Source: Octopus sinensis (lineage: Eukaryota). From it: a stretch of 9,821 nucleotides of DNA. The stretch is from contig NW_021827828.1 of the NCBI RefSeq assembly GCF_006345805.1, positions 1-9,821 on the forward strand, given 5' to 3'. Below, in pieces: positions 8,949-9,821 of this stretch. Position numbers and translations under genes: made by a program. Each line of letters starts with the position of its first letter. Position 1 is the first letter of the stretch. The notes beneath the pieces were generated by a model. The model searched no databases and had not been told where the DNA came from. It was given only the letters and a program-made list of their open reading frames with translations.

Positions 8949-9100
8949 AAGAAGAAGAAGAAGAAGAAGAAGAAGAAGAAGAAGAAGAAGAAAGAAAAAG
9001 AAGAAAAAGAAAAAGAAGAAAAAGAAAAAGAAGAAAAGAAAAGATCAGCAACAACAACAACTACTATTATTACTACTGCTGCTGCTGCTACTAGTAGTAG
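8883..9100. repeat. Compound (AAT)n-(GAA)n-(AAAGAAAAAGAAGAA)3-(CAA/ACT/GCT/TAG)n microsatellite
   Basis: AAT at 8883-8920, GAA at 8921-8990, a 15-bp unit x3 at 8991-9035, then short trinucleotide runs. Source of the poly-N/K ORF 8838..9134. Confidence 0.95.
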
Positions 9101-9109
9101 TACTTGTAA

Positions 9110-9330
9110 GGCAGCGACCGGGCAGAATCGTTAGCACGCCGGGCAAAATGCTTAGCGGCATTTCATCCGTCTTAACCTTCTGAGATCAAATTCCGCCGAG
9201 GTCAGCTTTGTCTTTTATTATTTTGGAGTTGATAAAATAAGAAGCAGTTGATCACCGGGGGGTCGATGTAGTAGACTTACCCCCTCCCCTGAAATTGCTG
9301 GCCTTGTGCCAAAATATGAAACCATTATTA
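9110..9330 (+). mobile_element. tRNA-derived SINE, third family, copy B
   Basis: GGCAGCGACCGGGCAGAATCGTTAGCACGCCGG (A-box region), GAGATCAAATTCC (B-box-like), GGTCGATGTAGTAGAC, CTGGCCTTGTGCC, then an ATTATTATT tail. Same family as 7838-8046, opposite strand. Confidence 0.87.
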
Positions 9331-9331
9331 T

Positions 9332-9389
9332 TTGTAGCAGTAGTAGCAGTTGCAGCAACAGCAGTAGTGGTAATGAAAATGACAACAAT

Positions 9390-9439
<50 letters not shown>

Positions 9440-9451
9440 TACTACTACTAC
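9332..9451. repeat. Compound (GTA/GCA)n and (ACT)n microsatellite
   Basis: Visible; near-pure ACT run at 9391-9451. Confidence 0.92.
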
Positions 9452-9821
9452 TGTGATTATAACTTGATTAATTTTGATTGTGTATGATTAGATTTAATAT
9501 AATTACATTTCATATTATTATGATTATAATGATTAAGATTACCGATCGATTACAATTATGGTTCTTCCCCGTCATACTCCTACTTCCTGAATACAGAACT
9601 GAAACAGCGATATATCTTTGGTGGATAGTTCTAAAAATAAATTAGTAACATTCATTGCATTTGAATGAATATAATATATTGAAATAGCTTTAGATTAAAA
9701 TGCCAGTGTGTATAATATTCATAATATGTATACAAACGTGGATAGACACTAGCTGTGATGTTTTTATTCCACAGAAACTTTTCAGAGATATATTTTTGCT
9801 AAAGAACACAGGATTTCGCTC

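Noticed and set aside
8838-9134. Poly-Asn/poly-Lys/Glu-Lys ORF
   Set aside because: Translation of AAT, GAA and GAAAAA repeats.

Overview
Very AT-rich, microsatellite-dense eukaryotic non-coding DNA (intronic or intergenic). The SINE families and repeat style point to an octopus or other coleoid cephalopod, by recognition rather than database search. No intact host gene is supported, and nearly all ORFs in the track are translations of microsatellites. The window is a nested transposable-element graveyard. It holds four tRNA-derived SINEs from three families (two of them an inverted pair), a 380-bp TA-flanked MITE with 26-bp TIRs inside a (CATA)n array, a 5'-truncated R4/Dong-like non-LTR retrotransposon (restriction-like endonuclease end plus 3' UTR), and a near full-length decayed mariner. 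It also holds a Penelope-like reverse transcriptase fragment, a possible RTE endonuclease start, and an unclassified ~560-bp element bounded by (AAT)n on both sides. I see no convincing novel multi-gene system. The best leads are the unclassified element, the inverted SINE pair, a CTCF-like motif in the MITE, and several non-trivial hairpins.
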